The translations under genes and the position numbers were made by a program. The notes beneath the pieces were generated by a model. That model saw only the letters and a program-made list of their open reading frames with translations. It was not told where the DNA came from and did no database searches. 64,000 nt of DNA, taken from assembly GCF_004010195.1 (NCBI RefSeq), contig NC_057719.1, positions 22,944,618 through 23,008,617 on the forward strand, read 5' to 3'. Shown one piece after another: positions 39,330 to 50,990 of the stretch (its first letter is position 1; each line of letters starts with the position of its first letter). This DNA comes from Chiloscyllium plagiosum. Taxonomy: Eukaryota.

Positions 39330-40005
39330 GTAAGATGCAAGACATAGAAGTAGAAGGAAGCTATTCAGCCCATCAAGTCTGCTCCACTATTCAAAGAAAT
39401 CATGACTGATCTGATAATCCTCAACTCCACTTTCCTGCCTTTACCCAAACACTTAATTCCCTTACAAGTTAAACATCTGTCTGTCTTGGCCTTGAAAATA
39501 CTTCATCATCCAGCCTCTATATCCCACTGTGGTAAAGATTTCTACTAGACTCTGAGAGAAGAAATTCCCCCTCAGCTCTGTCTTAAATGTATGACCACTC
39601 TTTCTGAAAATATGCCCTCTGATTCTAGATATTTAATAAGGGGAAGTCATCTTTCTACATCAGTCAAGTCCTTGAAGAATCTTGTATGTTTCTATAAGGT
39701 CACCTCTCATTCTTCAATATTTCAACAAGTACAGATCCAACCTACACAGTATCTCCTCATAAGACGGTCTCTCCAAATCTGGTATGAGCCAAGTGAATAT
39801 TCACTGGAATGACTCCAATCCCTTTGATAAGAGGCAAAAACTGTTCACAATGTTCCAGCTTTATTCTGACTCATTCCTTGTACAGCTTTAGCAAAACCTC
39901 CCTACTTTTATACTTTATTGCCTATGAAATAAAAGCCAACATTCCATTTGTGTTCCCTATTACCCACAGAACATTGACACTAACTTTTGTGATTCATGAA
40001 TGAGG
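39330..40005 (-). mobile_element. CR1 3' fragment
   Basis: Typical CR1 3' UTR and ORF2 C-terminus on the minus strand. Confidence 0.85.
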
Positions 40006-40735
40006 ACTTACATATGGGTTGGCGTATTTTAATTCTGGCTCCCATATTATAAAAGCTGTGGAATTATTGGAAAAGGCACAAAGGAAAACAGTGAGACCAA
40101 TACCACAATTCCTTGGTATTCTGAGGTATGCTCCCTCTGTGTAACAACAGATGGTGTGAGGGCAAGAATCACATCCTGGAATTACATCCATATACTTAAA
40201 TTTGTAAAAAGTAAATTCAGCACTGATCTTTGGAAGAAGCTTGTTAGTTAAACAGGAGGAAAAAAAAATGCTGAAATGTTACAGTTACTGTAATAAAAAC
40301 AAATAGACCTGTTAATGTGGAAGAGTTAATGGGCTATAGAAATGGACTGAATTTTTTTTTTCGTATTGGCCTGAAAATTGACATCATGTTTTCTTTGAGA
40401 ACACCTTAATCTTGACAGGCAGAGAAGGGATTTGGGGCAGAATCTGTTTTCCATTCTGTCAAAATTTCTACAAGAAATTATAGCGATGGCACAAAGCATC
40501 CACCCAGAGGAGCATGGTTTATTAATGTAAAGTCTGATGAGGAAAATCACTATGCAATGTATTTGCACTCACTAGCCTGTGTACCCCTAGCCTATCAGAT
40601 TTTAAAAGGGAAGTCAGTAGATCACATTACATTGATTATATTACCAAATCTGGCATAAAACAGAACCAACAATATCTTTAACACAGTTTCTAGGAAATAA
40701 ATAAAAACAAGTTAAAGGGTAACATAGTTTTGATA

Positions 40736-41600
40736 TGTGACATTTATACTAATGGCATTTATTTTCAAAATTGGATTTTGAACTTGTGTGGGTTTTGACC
40801 TGCGTGTAATAAGCAGTTTAATAATTAACTTGCCAATTTTTCTGAAGCTATGATATCCAAAAGAGTATGTGACAGACAGAAGGTGACTGGGTCCCTCCTG
40901 GAGAGGTAATGATAATTTATTTACATTATGAGAGTTTTACCTTTGGAGGAAGCAAACACCGAAAGTCATTAGCTTAATTTTGGTTTAGAAGAGTCAAGAA
41001 GTGATTTTCTTTTTGTTGCGAAAAGCCCATTAATTGGTTTTCAGTTTTAGTTTCAGAAGACTTAGCTTGGATCAGTTGAGAGATTGATTACAACAGTTTG
41101 CAAGTTGATCATTTCAGCATAAGATTCACAATTTGAAAAATCCAGACCAAAAGTTTTTTGTTCAAAATATTATGGGGTTATTTGAAGTAAAGAAAATTTC
41201 AGCTCATACCTATAAATAAGCAAGGAACAGGCGATCAAGACCTCAAGAATGGAATTGAAAGAAGAAGTGAAGTTAAACCTATAAGATGTTTGAGAAGGAA
41301 AGTCTATCTGATATTTGAATACTTTAAAGTGATAGTGGTAGGTTGGATGGTATTTCGTTCTTTGACACGTAACAAAGAACTTGCAAATTTTGTTATTTAG
41401 AAATTGTCTGGTTTGTTCTGTTATCTCTTAATTTCTTCTGTGCAATAAACTTCTGTTATATTGTTAAATCAAATACCACATTGTGAATTGATATTTCAAT
41501 GAAAGCCCACAGTGTTAAATCATAAGAAATGCAAAATATTATTCATCAATCCAAATTTCAATTTGGAATCTGTCTTATTGTGTAATAAAATAACATAACA
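40736..41600 (+). mobile_element. Possible solo LTR
   Basis: Begins tgtgac, ends cataaca, with an internal aataaa near the 3' end. No TSD confirmed. Confidence 0.35.
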
Positions 41601-42681
41601 AAATCCTGAAACAGCAAAGGCTAGCTTACCTCCCCAAAATACTACAAACCAGCAAAGACATATTATACATCAAATGCAGGAACCACAATATAAATCAAAT
41701 TGGTAATAATATTATACTTATTTATTTTATGTGTTGCAACAGTGAGTACACTTCAGTAAGTCCTTCCATTGGTCATGAAGTGGTTTGAGTCATCCATTTC
41801 ATTCACAGTTCATCTTAAATATTTGTACTGCAACTTTTAATTTGTCATAAAACAATTCTCTTAAGAATATGATTGGATAGCAGCAATACAGATTTTAATA
41901 GTAAACACCTTGGTTCTTAAGAAGTTTTACAAAGAAATTTAGTAGGGTGCAGCATACACAGAAAGTAGAGTAGATCAGTTCACAGTTATAATAGATTTTA
42001 GTTGATAGTAGGATTGCCTTTCAACAATTCTGTGAAAGCTAAACTTTTAATCAAGTTGAATGATGTGGTGTTGAGCTGCTTACACAAGTGAACAAATAGG
42101 TTATTAATATTTACAAGTGTGAAATTTGTACTATTAATTTACTATTTAAGTATGCATTAAATTTGCAGGCAGCAAAATTGGACAATCATAGGTTCATTAT
42201 CCTTCTTGTTCTTTGACACATTACAGTTTCTAAGAAGCAACAATCACAGTAGAAATACACCTAGGGCTCAAAATATTTCACTTTTAATGACTGTGTGTGT
42301 TTCCTTCACACTTTATCAACACTTCCAAGTTCTGTGCTTGTTAATAAAATTTCAGCTGTGCATTGAATTGAAGATGACGCCTGCTCAGGCTTGTGAGATG
42401 CTGCTGTGGGTCTTTATGTGACTGAATAGGGTGAATCTCAACTCACAGATCTTTGTGCACAGTGAGCAAGATATACCATTTGCTAAAGCATTCTAAACTA
42501 CAGAATCTCTTCCATTTTTACCTTTACTAAGTCTCATCATGAAGAAATTATGATTTAGCATGTGATGCAGCTTGACAGACAAGTTGTGTCATTCTGAATA
42601 AATGCTTCACTCTTAGGCCAGCCCTTTTAAACACTCCATCTTCCAAAGCCCGCTATTCCTGCATAGGACCGTTACCCATCT

Positions 42682-42988
42682 GGATTTGAAGTTGCTGGTG
42701 TTGGACTCGGGTGTACAAAGTTAAGAATCACACAACAACAGGTAATAGTCCAGCAGGTTTATTTGGAAGCACTAGCTTTCAGAGCGCTGCTCCTTCAGCA
42801 GGTGGTTGTGGAGTATAAGATTGTAAGATGCAGAATTTATAGCAAAAGTTTACACTGTGATGTAACTGAAATTATATATTGAAAAAGACCTGGATTGTTT
42901 GTTAAGTCTCTCATCTTTTAGAATGAGCATGTTGGTTTCAGTTCTTTCATGTGTAAATCGCAGAACTTTTTTAAAGTTACATTCTTAA
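42682..42988 (-). mobile_element. PLE-associated family C terminal fragment
   Basis: Matches the 7693 and 18853 copies. Reverse complement cacCTGCTGAaggagcagcgctctGAAAgctagtg. Confidence 0.82.
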
Positions 42989-43694
42989 AGTTTACTTGAG
43001 AAAATGCAAAATATCACAGGAAAAACACCAAAAAAGCTACAAAAATGTTCACAAACTCTTCAATATTTCTGTGAACATTTAGAATTGCAAAAAATAGCTT
43101 TGTGTTATTGCTTTCATGTGAACTATCCACATTGATGTCTATCCATGTCTAAACCTTGGAGGAACAATTGCAGTTAAACCCATTGAAGACAACTTTGATC
43201 CACATTCCAAGCAGTTTTACATTTGAAAAATTCCTGCAATTTCCCTGTTATTTGAACTGAAACAATATGTGCAACCCATTCACTGCTCATCACTTCTTAA
43301 TTTCCCTGTCTTTCTAATCTATGCTGCTGCTTAATCACTGCTTCTATCTGGGCATAAGCCATCGGTTGAGCCTTGCAAAATATCAGCTGCAAGTTGGACT
43401 GATTTTTCCCGTGTTCTGACAAAGTGTTTTCTGGAAGAAATTTATGTATTGGCAGTCATGACACATGTTGACATTGCTTGTGCAATCTTCCACTCTTCAG
43501 CTCATTAATTTTGCAACTGGCCTGTTCATCATCTGTGTCTTAGAGCCATGCAGATGCAGAGGTGGCAGTGCTCACCACTGGCAAGGCTTTGTGATGTTCA
43601 GACGGCTGCCACACATCTAAATCTCAGCTCTGCGGCACTTTACGAGCAGCCAACCAGGAATTGGCCTTCAGATTCTGCTGTTGCCCTATTGTCA

Positions 43695-44455
43695 ATGAGG
43701 ACAATTACCATTGAGAAAGGGAAGCTGACACACCCCATTGAGCTGACAGGGACATGGAGTCAGGAGCGTGATGGAATACCACCCTCTTGCCTGGATGAGT
43801 GCAGCTCCAACAACACTCAAGAAGCTTGACACCATGCAGAACAAAGCAGTCTGCTTGATTGGCACAAAATTCACAACCATCCTTTCCCTCTACTGCCAAC
43901 ACTCAGCAGCAGCAGTGTGCACCATCTGCAAGATGCACTGCAAAAAACCCTTAAAGATCCTTAGACAACACTTCCAAACTCATGACCACTTCCATCTCAA
44001 AGGACAAGGGCAGCACCACCTGCAAGTTCCCCTCTAAGCCACTCACCATTCTGAATTGGAAATGTATCACCGTACCCTCACTGTTGTTGTGTCAAAATCC
44101 TGGAATTCTCTCCCTAAAGGCAACATAGGTCAACCCACTGTACACGGACTGCAATGGTTCAAGAAGGCAACTCACCCTCACCTTCTCAAGGGCAACCATG
44201 TAGGGGCAATAAATGCTGGCATAGGCAAGTACACCCATATCCCACAAATAATAAAACCATAACTTGCAGGTGGACAATATAGTGGAAAGGAGGGGAGTGG
44301 TTATTTCCTGCTGATTAACAAAGGAGGCTATGCTACCAGGATTGAGCCAGCTTGGACCAATATAGCAGCCTGAGTTTGTGCAGTATCCTGGGTGATATGT
44401 AGTGCTTAGTCAGTGCAGAGTAAAGTTTAATGATCTGCGCTCCACCATCTTCTCA
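43695..44455 (+). pseudogene. PIF/Harbinger Myb/SANT-like gene remnant interrupted by a LINE
   Basis: PAWTNIAA*VCAVSWV..(fs)SQCRVKFNDLRST at ~44346-44446. Upstream KGK...DRDME lies before the LINE. Confidence 0.55.
43759..44250 (+). mobile_element. Non-LTR retrotransposon 3' end (CR1/L2/Jockey group, distinct from HER1)
   Basis: MEYHPLAWMSAAPTTLKKLDTMQNKA..SKSWNSLP motifs; tail gggcaataaatgctggc. Confidence 0.85.
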
Positions 44456-44576
44456 GCTATTTCACATGCTCTGGGTCACTGCATACTCATCTCATCAAAC
44501 AGCTCTCAATATTGTACTAAATTGTACTAGGTGATGCACAAGAGTAATCCAGGCAACTTCCGCTGGTAAAGTACCT

Positions 44577-44611
44577 GATTAGATTAGATTAGATTAGATT
44601 AGATTAGATTA
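44577..44611. repeat. (GATTA)7 microsatellite
   Basis: Direct reading. Confidence 0.95.
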
Positions 44612-44618
44612 CTTTAGT

Positions 44619-44966
44619 GGGTGGCACGGTGGCACAGTGGCTAGAACTGATGCCTCACAGCGCCAGAGACCCAGATTCAATTCCTGCCTCAAGCAACTGA
44701 CTGTGTGGAGTTTGCACGTTCTCCCCGTGTCTGCGTGGGTTTTCTCCGGGTGCTCCGGTTTCCTCCCACAGTCCAAAGATGTGCAGGTCAGGTGAATTGG
44801 CCATGCTAAATTGCCCGTAGTGTTAGGTAAGGGGTAAATGTAGGAGTATGGGTGGGTTGCACTTCGGCGGGTCGGTGTGGACTTGTTGGGCCGAAGGGCC
44901 TGTTTCCACACTGTAAGTAATCTAATCTAATCTAATCTAATCTAATCTAATCTAATCTAATCTAAT
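44619..44966 (+). mobile_element. HE1-type V-SINE, well preserved, with (TAATC)~10 tail
   Basis: tRNA-like head, V-domain tgtgtggagtttgcacgttctccccgtgtctgcgtggg, LINE-like tail; CpGs retained. Confidence 0.95.
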
Positions 44967-45997
44967 ATTGTATGTATCATGTAAATTCAGCAGTTTTCAC
45001 CCATCTCATTCTGCTAAACTACTAACCTTTCTTGCCCTCTGTGCTTCCTATTCACGCACTGGTGACACCTGACCACACCACCACCAACTGCTCTAACCTA
45101 CATGGGAAGATGTCATTATACTGAACCCTTCCCGTTGTCTCACCGCAAAATAGCTTACTCCCCACACTGAAGTTTCCACAACACCCTGACTGATGTAGTT
45201 GTAATACATAGACCTGCATCTGACTTGCAGGACTGACTGTGGCCTATCCCAGGACTGGAATAAGACAACAGTCTTGATTGACCCCCAACTGACTGAAATC
45301 CCCTTGACCCTAGTAGGAACTGGTCCGCTTTGACAATCTAACATGGCCATTTGGTTGAAGCACATGCAGTACACTTGTCATGTAAGCTGCTGCTAAATGT
45401 TTTAGTTGTGACATTGATGTAGCACAGTGCAGTATAGCAACATGTCCAGTCCCTTGTCTGTTCAGTGCTCCATACTGTGAGACCTTGCTGCTGTTTTATA
45501 TTACTAAAAAGCAATACAAGCCACAAGTGAGATGCTTCCTGTGCAAATGTATGAGATGCATTTGTGCCTATGTGCAAAGTGACCTGGCAGAAACATGCTA
45601 ATGAATTTCAAAGTGAAGTCCTGAAGGGCTAAAATGGGGTGATTATTGGACTAAGAGCAGCCATGATGATGTGGAGGAGTTGGTAGTTTTCTTAGATGAA
45701 GAGAAGAGGAGGATGGTGACATGGAGTATACAGGTACTTTGCAGTGAATGTATGAAGTTGGATGAAAGCCTGGAGAGGCTGGCAGGGACCTATTGCTATC
45801 AAGTTATTGCGCTGACTTTCAAGTCGGGAACTGGCCCCATCTAGTTTCTCAAAGAAGATGAGGAGAATTGTGAGTTGCAGAGAAATAAGGTGACATGAGC
45901 TGAAAATGAAATGCAAATGCATGAAAATAAGGTATTCTCTGTTCATGAAAGAGATTTGGGGCTGACTGTTTAAACCATGAGGAAAATCCTAACATTT

Positions 45998-46303
45998 TTA
46001 GATTAAATTCCCTACAGTGTGGAAACAGGCCTTTTGACTCAACAAGTCCACACCAACCCTCTGAAGAGTAACCCATCCTCCTCTGACTAATGCACCTTAC
46101 ACTGTGGGCAATTTAGCATGGCCAATTCATCTGACCTGCACGTCTTTGGATTGTAGAAGGAAACTGGAGCACTTGGAGGAAACCCATGCAGACACAGGGA
46201 GAATGTGCAAACTCCACATAGACAGTTGCCCAAGGCTGGAATTGTACCTGGAACCCTAGTGCTGTGAGGTAGCAGTGCTAACCATTGAACCACCATGCCA
46301 CCC
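45998..46303 (-). mobile_element. HE1-type V-SINE
   Basis: Reverse complement matches the 44619 copy. Confidence 0.9.
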
Positions 46304-46614
46304 CTTTCTTGAAGTTGCGATTCCAACTTTTTTTACTGTCACTTTGTTCTCATCATTTGTGCTCTCTTACCATCTCTTGTCAAACATACTGTTCTCTAGT
46401 ATAAATAACTCAGCCCAACTTAGCTATATCTTATTCATCCAATTGCTTCCCTCAGGAAGGTGTCATTCTGTCCTACTGTTAATAGTAACATGTAGTCAAA
46501 TAAATAATTTAATGCAGAAACACCAACCTCACCTCGCACTGGAAAATTGTTTCTGCAGTAGTTGTTAGTTAAACACCAGTTTTGCATAAAGGAAGATGGC
46601 TTAGAGATATCTTG

Positions 46615-46650
46615 ATTCCTGATGAAGGGCTCCGGCCTGAAATGTCGATT
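46615..46650 (+). ncRNA. Minimal hammerhead ribozyme motif, best-preserved core in the window
   Basis: attc-CTGATGA-a-gggc-tccg-gcct-GAAA-tGTC-gatt, with all core nucleotides present. Activity and transcription unknown. Confidence 0.68.
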
Positions 46651-46742
46651 CTCCTGCTCCTTGGATGCTGCCTGATCTGCTCTGCTTTTCCAGCATACAC
46701 TCTTGACTCTGATCTCCAGCATCTGCAGACTTCACTTTTTCC
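46615..46742 (+). mobile_element. Short PLE-terminal insertion (family B)
   Basis: ~15-bp TSD cttag(a/g)gatatcttg (46600-46614, 46743-46757). Confidence 0.82.
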
Positions 46743-48104
46743 CTTAGGGATATCTTGTGCTATTTATAAATCTGTTGTATTATAACCTGGTGTCACGTGA
46801 CTTTTGACTTTGTCCACCCCAGTCCAACACCAGCACCTCCACATCATCTATTAGGAAATCTGGTCAGGCTGAAGGGCCTGTTTCCATGCTATATGACTCT
46901 ATGATAGAGGTGACTGGCAAATGGGATCTCATATAACTAAGAATGTGGGTAACAGAGTTTTGGATGATCTCAAGCTGACAGGAGCACAGAAGATCAGAAG
47001 CCAACCAGAAATACTTGAGAACAGTCAAGTCCACTAACTGTACAACTTTAGTGCGGCAGCAATGTTCCAATGCACAGAAGGCAAAATACATTTTGAAGGA
47101 TCCACCAATGAAAATAGGAAATTATTGGAGCATGAGTTTGTAAACCATCTAAACACACTGATTTGATGGAGATTGTTGCAGAGATTCCCTGAACAGTGAA
47201 ACATAAGGGGATCCCAGCATTTTCAGCAATTGTAAATCTGCTGAACCTTGTCTTGCTGTCCCCGGGGAGATGGTTGAGTAGTTTTCAATTAGCAGAGCAA
47301 TATGCAGATGCCAAAAATGTCAACCAACCCATTAACATTATCAACAATGACAAGGAATAATAAACACAAAAGAATCAAAAATGTATAAAGGAAGTGGCTG
47401 TTGATTAATGATGCCGCATATATTTTCGAGAACCACATGCTGAAGCTTTTCACACAGTAATGGATTCCAGCACCACAGCTAACTCTTTATTATTAGTTTT
47501 ATTTTATCAATACGACAGCAACAATGCTTGCCTAGTTACTTTCAACTCACCTTCAGCTACTATTCACTGGAATAAAAGACACAGCAGGAGTTGGAGTTAT
47601 AAAACAATTGTATTACAAAAAAACTAAATAGTTCTGTAATGCTTCCCTGGTAAATGCAGTTCACAGAGGTCAACAATTATTAAATTACTTCACTACTCCT
47701 TTTGAGCTGACAGCCGCTTCTGTCTCCTCCAACAACATACAACTACAATCACAGGCAGCATAACTGTCAAATAGTCTATGTTGTTACCAACAATGGAATA
47801 ACGATTTTGCTTAAATTCTTGGACAGAATGTAAGTGACCTCTCTGCTTGTGACTATTGCTTGTATGGAAAGATGTGTCAAATTTCTTACCTTTCAAATGT
47901 GCATTCTAAATAAATTATTCAGCTGCAAGATTTTGTAAGTGTGTAAAGAAAAGTTGGCTATTTATTCTTACTTACCCCAAATTAATGCAATGTCACACAC
48001 TTGGTCACACATGCACACATTAACACACAAAGATGGGATACAATTAAAATTGTGCACTTCACCATTTTGATTCACCCTGCTTGCTAAGAAGATACGACTG
48101 AAAG

Positions 48105-48575
48105 TCAGTGGATGCTGCAAAGGGTATGGGCTTTGACAATGTTGTAGCAATTGTACTGAAGAGTTGTGCTTCAGAGCTAGTTATGCCCCTAGCCACACTA
48201 TTCTAGAATGATACCACACTATTCTAGAATGTTATTTCTTTCCTGCTTTTTGTGCATAGGATATACCTGGACAACTTCCCACATTGTTGGATCAGTATCA
48301 GTTCACACTGATACTGATCCAACAATGTGGGAAGTTGTCCAGGTATATCCTATGCACAAAAAGCAGGAAAGAAATAACATGGTCATTATTGATCATCAGC
48401 AAAGAGATGGAAATGGTCATCGACAGAACTATCAAGTGCTTACTGTCACTCACTATTGGATCAACCAGGGCCAATCAGCTTCTGACCTTCTTACAACCTT
48501 GATTGAAATCTGAAGAAAAGAGTTTAACCCCACAGGTGAGATGAGCATAATTGCCCTTAACATCAAGGCAGCACT
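48105..48575 (+). mobile_element. Decayed LINE RT fragment (same broad group as 43759)
   Basis: VLKSCASEL..PLA and PTMWEVVQVYPMHKKQ motifs. Confidence 0.7.
48229..48380. repeat. Perfect inverted repeat, 74-bp arms, 4-nt loop
   Basis: 48229-48302 is the exact reverse complement of 48307-48380; loop tcac. Confidence 0.97.
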
Positions 48576-48579
48576 TTAA

Positions 48580-49450
48580 AATTATAAAAGAATTAATAGC
48601 AAAACATTTGGAATACGGTCACAGGATTAGACAGAGGCTGCATGGATTTATGAAAGAAAAATCATGCTTGGTAAATTGATTAAAATTTATTTTGAGAATG
48701 TAACTAATAGACTTAATAAGGCGGAGTTAGTAGATGTGACTTACTTGATCATTCAAGAAGCTTTCAATAAGGTCCCACACACAGTATCAGCATGTAAAAT
48801 TAAAGCATATTGGATTGGGGTAAGTGCACAGGCCTGGATAGAGAATTGGTTAGCAGATGGGAAACAAAACGTGGGAATAAACTGTTCATTTTCTGAGTGG
48901 CAGGCAGTGATGAATAGGGAACTGCAGAGATCAGTGCTTGAACCTCAGCTATTCACAATATATATTAATGATTTAGGTGAGGGGACTAAATGTAATATTT
49001 CCAAGTTTTAGATGACATAAAGCTGGGTAGAATGGTAAGCTGTGAGGAGGATGTATAAACGCTTCAGCGTGATTTGAACAAGTTGAGTGAGAGGGCAAAT
49101 GCATGGCAGAGGAAGTCTAATGTAGATAAATGTGAGGTTATCCATGTTGAACCCAAAAACTGAAAGGCAGATCATTATCCAATGTCCTTGGGGGTGGTTT
49201 ACTGGTGCTATTGGGAAGAGTTTAAACTAATTTGGCAGGGTGCCGGGATCTTGAGAGAAGGTTCAACAGGGGAGATAGATGGCCAAAATTAGAAGAGACA
49301 GCAAGTGAGTTAGGTAGCTATAGAAATTATGAAATATTTCTTAGCAGAGCACTTGGAAACAGTGAGAGGATTAGACAGAGTCCGCATGAATTTATGGAAA
49401 GGAATTCATGCTTGACAAATCCACTGGAAAGTTTTGAAGATGTAACTGGA
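48580..49450 (+). mobile_element. CR1 RT fragments
   Basis: VDVTYL..QEAFNKVPH, LFTIYINDL and SCLTNPLESFEDVT motifs. Confidence 0.85.
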
Positions 49451-49458
49451 ATGTAACT

Positions 49459-49785
49459 GCACAGTGGCTCAGTGGTTAATACTGCTGCCTCACAGTACCT
49501 GGGTCCAATTCCAGACTTGGGTAACTGTCTGTGTGGAGTTTGCACATTCTCCAATTCAACATGGATTTCCTCCAGATGTTCCGGTTTCCTCCCATAGTCC
49601 AATAGTGCTGGTTAGGTGGATTGGCCGTGCTAAGTTGCTAATAGTGTCCAGGGATATGCAGGCTAGATGGATTAGACATGGGAAATGTAGGGTTATGGGG
49701 TGGGTCTGGGTGGGTTGCTGTTTGGAGGGCCAGTGAGGACTCCATGGGCCAAATAGCCTGCTTCCACACTCTAGGGATTCTATGA
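49459..49785 (+). mobile_element. HE1-type V-SINE
   Basis: Head, V-domain and tail match the other copies. Confidence 0.87.
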
Positions 49786-50990
49786 ATTTGATTGAATTTT
49801 TTGCCGAGTTGACTGGGTGTGTAGTTGAGAGCAAAGCATTTGATATAGTCTACTTAGACTTTGGCAGGATTTTTGATAAGGTCCCACATGGGAGATTGCT
49901 AATACAATAAGAGCTCATGGGATCCAAGGAATTGGCTAATTGGATCCAGGATTGGCTGAGTGACAGAAGGCAGGTCATGATCAAGGGGTGTTTTGTGATG
50001 AGAAGCATGTGTCCAGTGAGGTACCGCTAGGATCAATGTCTTGGCCCTTGTTGCTTATTGTCGATATAAATGATTTAGGTTTGAATGTAGGAGGGTTGAT
50101 CAGTAAGTTTGCAGATGAAACAAAAATGGATGGGCTCGTAAATAGTGAGGAGGATAGCCTTGGATTACAGGAGGATTACAGCACTAGTCAGATGGGCTGA
50201 TCAGTGGTAAATGAACTTCACTTTAAATAAATATGAGGTGATACACTTAAGCAGGATAAACAAGGCAATGGAATATGTAATGAATGACAAGAAACTGGGA
50301 AGCATTGAGGATCAGAAGGACCTTGGTATGCATGTCCACAGTTCCTTAAGCAACAGGACAGGTAGATAAAGTAGTTAAAAAGGCAAATAAAATGAATGTC
50401 TTTATCAGCTGAATCACAGAGTTTGAGTGGGGAGGTTATCCTTGAATTCTATAAAATGTTTCAGTCACAGGGAGAGCATTGTGTGCAGTTGTTGAATCCA
50501 TATTGTAAGGGACGAGACTGCATGGAGAGGGTGCAGAGGAGATTTACCAGAATGTTGCCTGGGCTGGAGAGTTTTACATTTGAAGAGAGATTAGATAGAC
50601 TGGGGTTGTTTTCCGTGGAGCATAATGGGGACATAAATGAGATGTATAACAGTATGAGGGACATAGACAGAGGAGACAGGAAAAATAACCTTTCCCTTTG
50701 GTGCGTGGATTAGTGATCAGGTGCATACATTTATGGCAAGGGGCAGGAGATTTAGAAGAGATGTGAAGACCCTCACTCAGAGGGTAGCGGGAATCTGGAA
50801 CTCACTGCCTTCATGAACGATGGATGCAGAAATCCTTATAATCTTGAAGAAGTAATTAGATGCACACTTGTGATGCCAGGGCATATAAGGCTTAAGGCCA
50901 TGTGCTAGAGAATGGGATTAGAATAGTTGGGTGGTTGTTTTTGACTGGCTTCGATGCGATGGACTGAAGGATCTATTTTGGAGCAGTAGA
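49786..50990 (+). mobile_element. CR1 RT to 3' end
   Basis: ISKFADETK and ERVQRRFTRMLPGLE motifs, plus tail. Confidence 0.9.

Noticed and set aside
40533..40550. ctgatgagg..aaa resembling a hammerhead core
   Set aside because: No stem II or stem I pairing around it.
44619..44700. tRNA-like sequences at SINE heads (also 14363, 30133, 22446)
   Set aside because: They continue into SINE bodies and tails, so they are not tRNA genes.
44577..44966. Telomere-like repeat
   Set aside because: The unit is TTAGA, not TTAGGG, and it is the SINE tail repeat.
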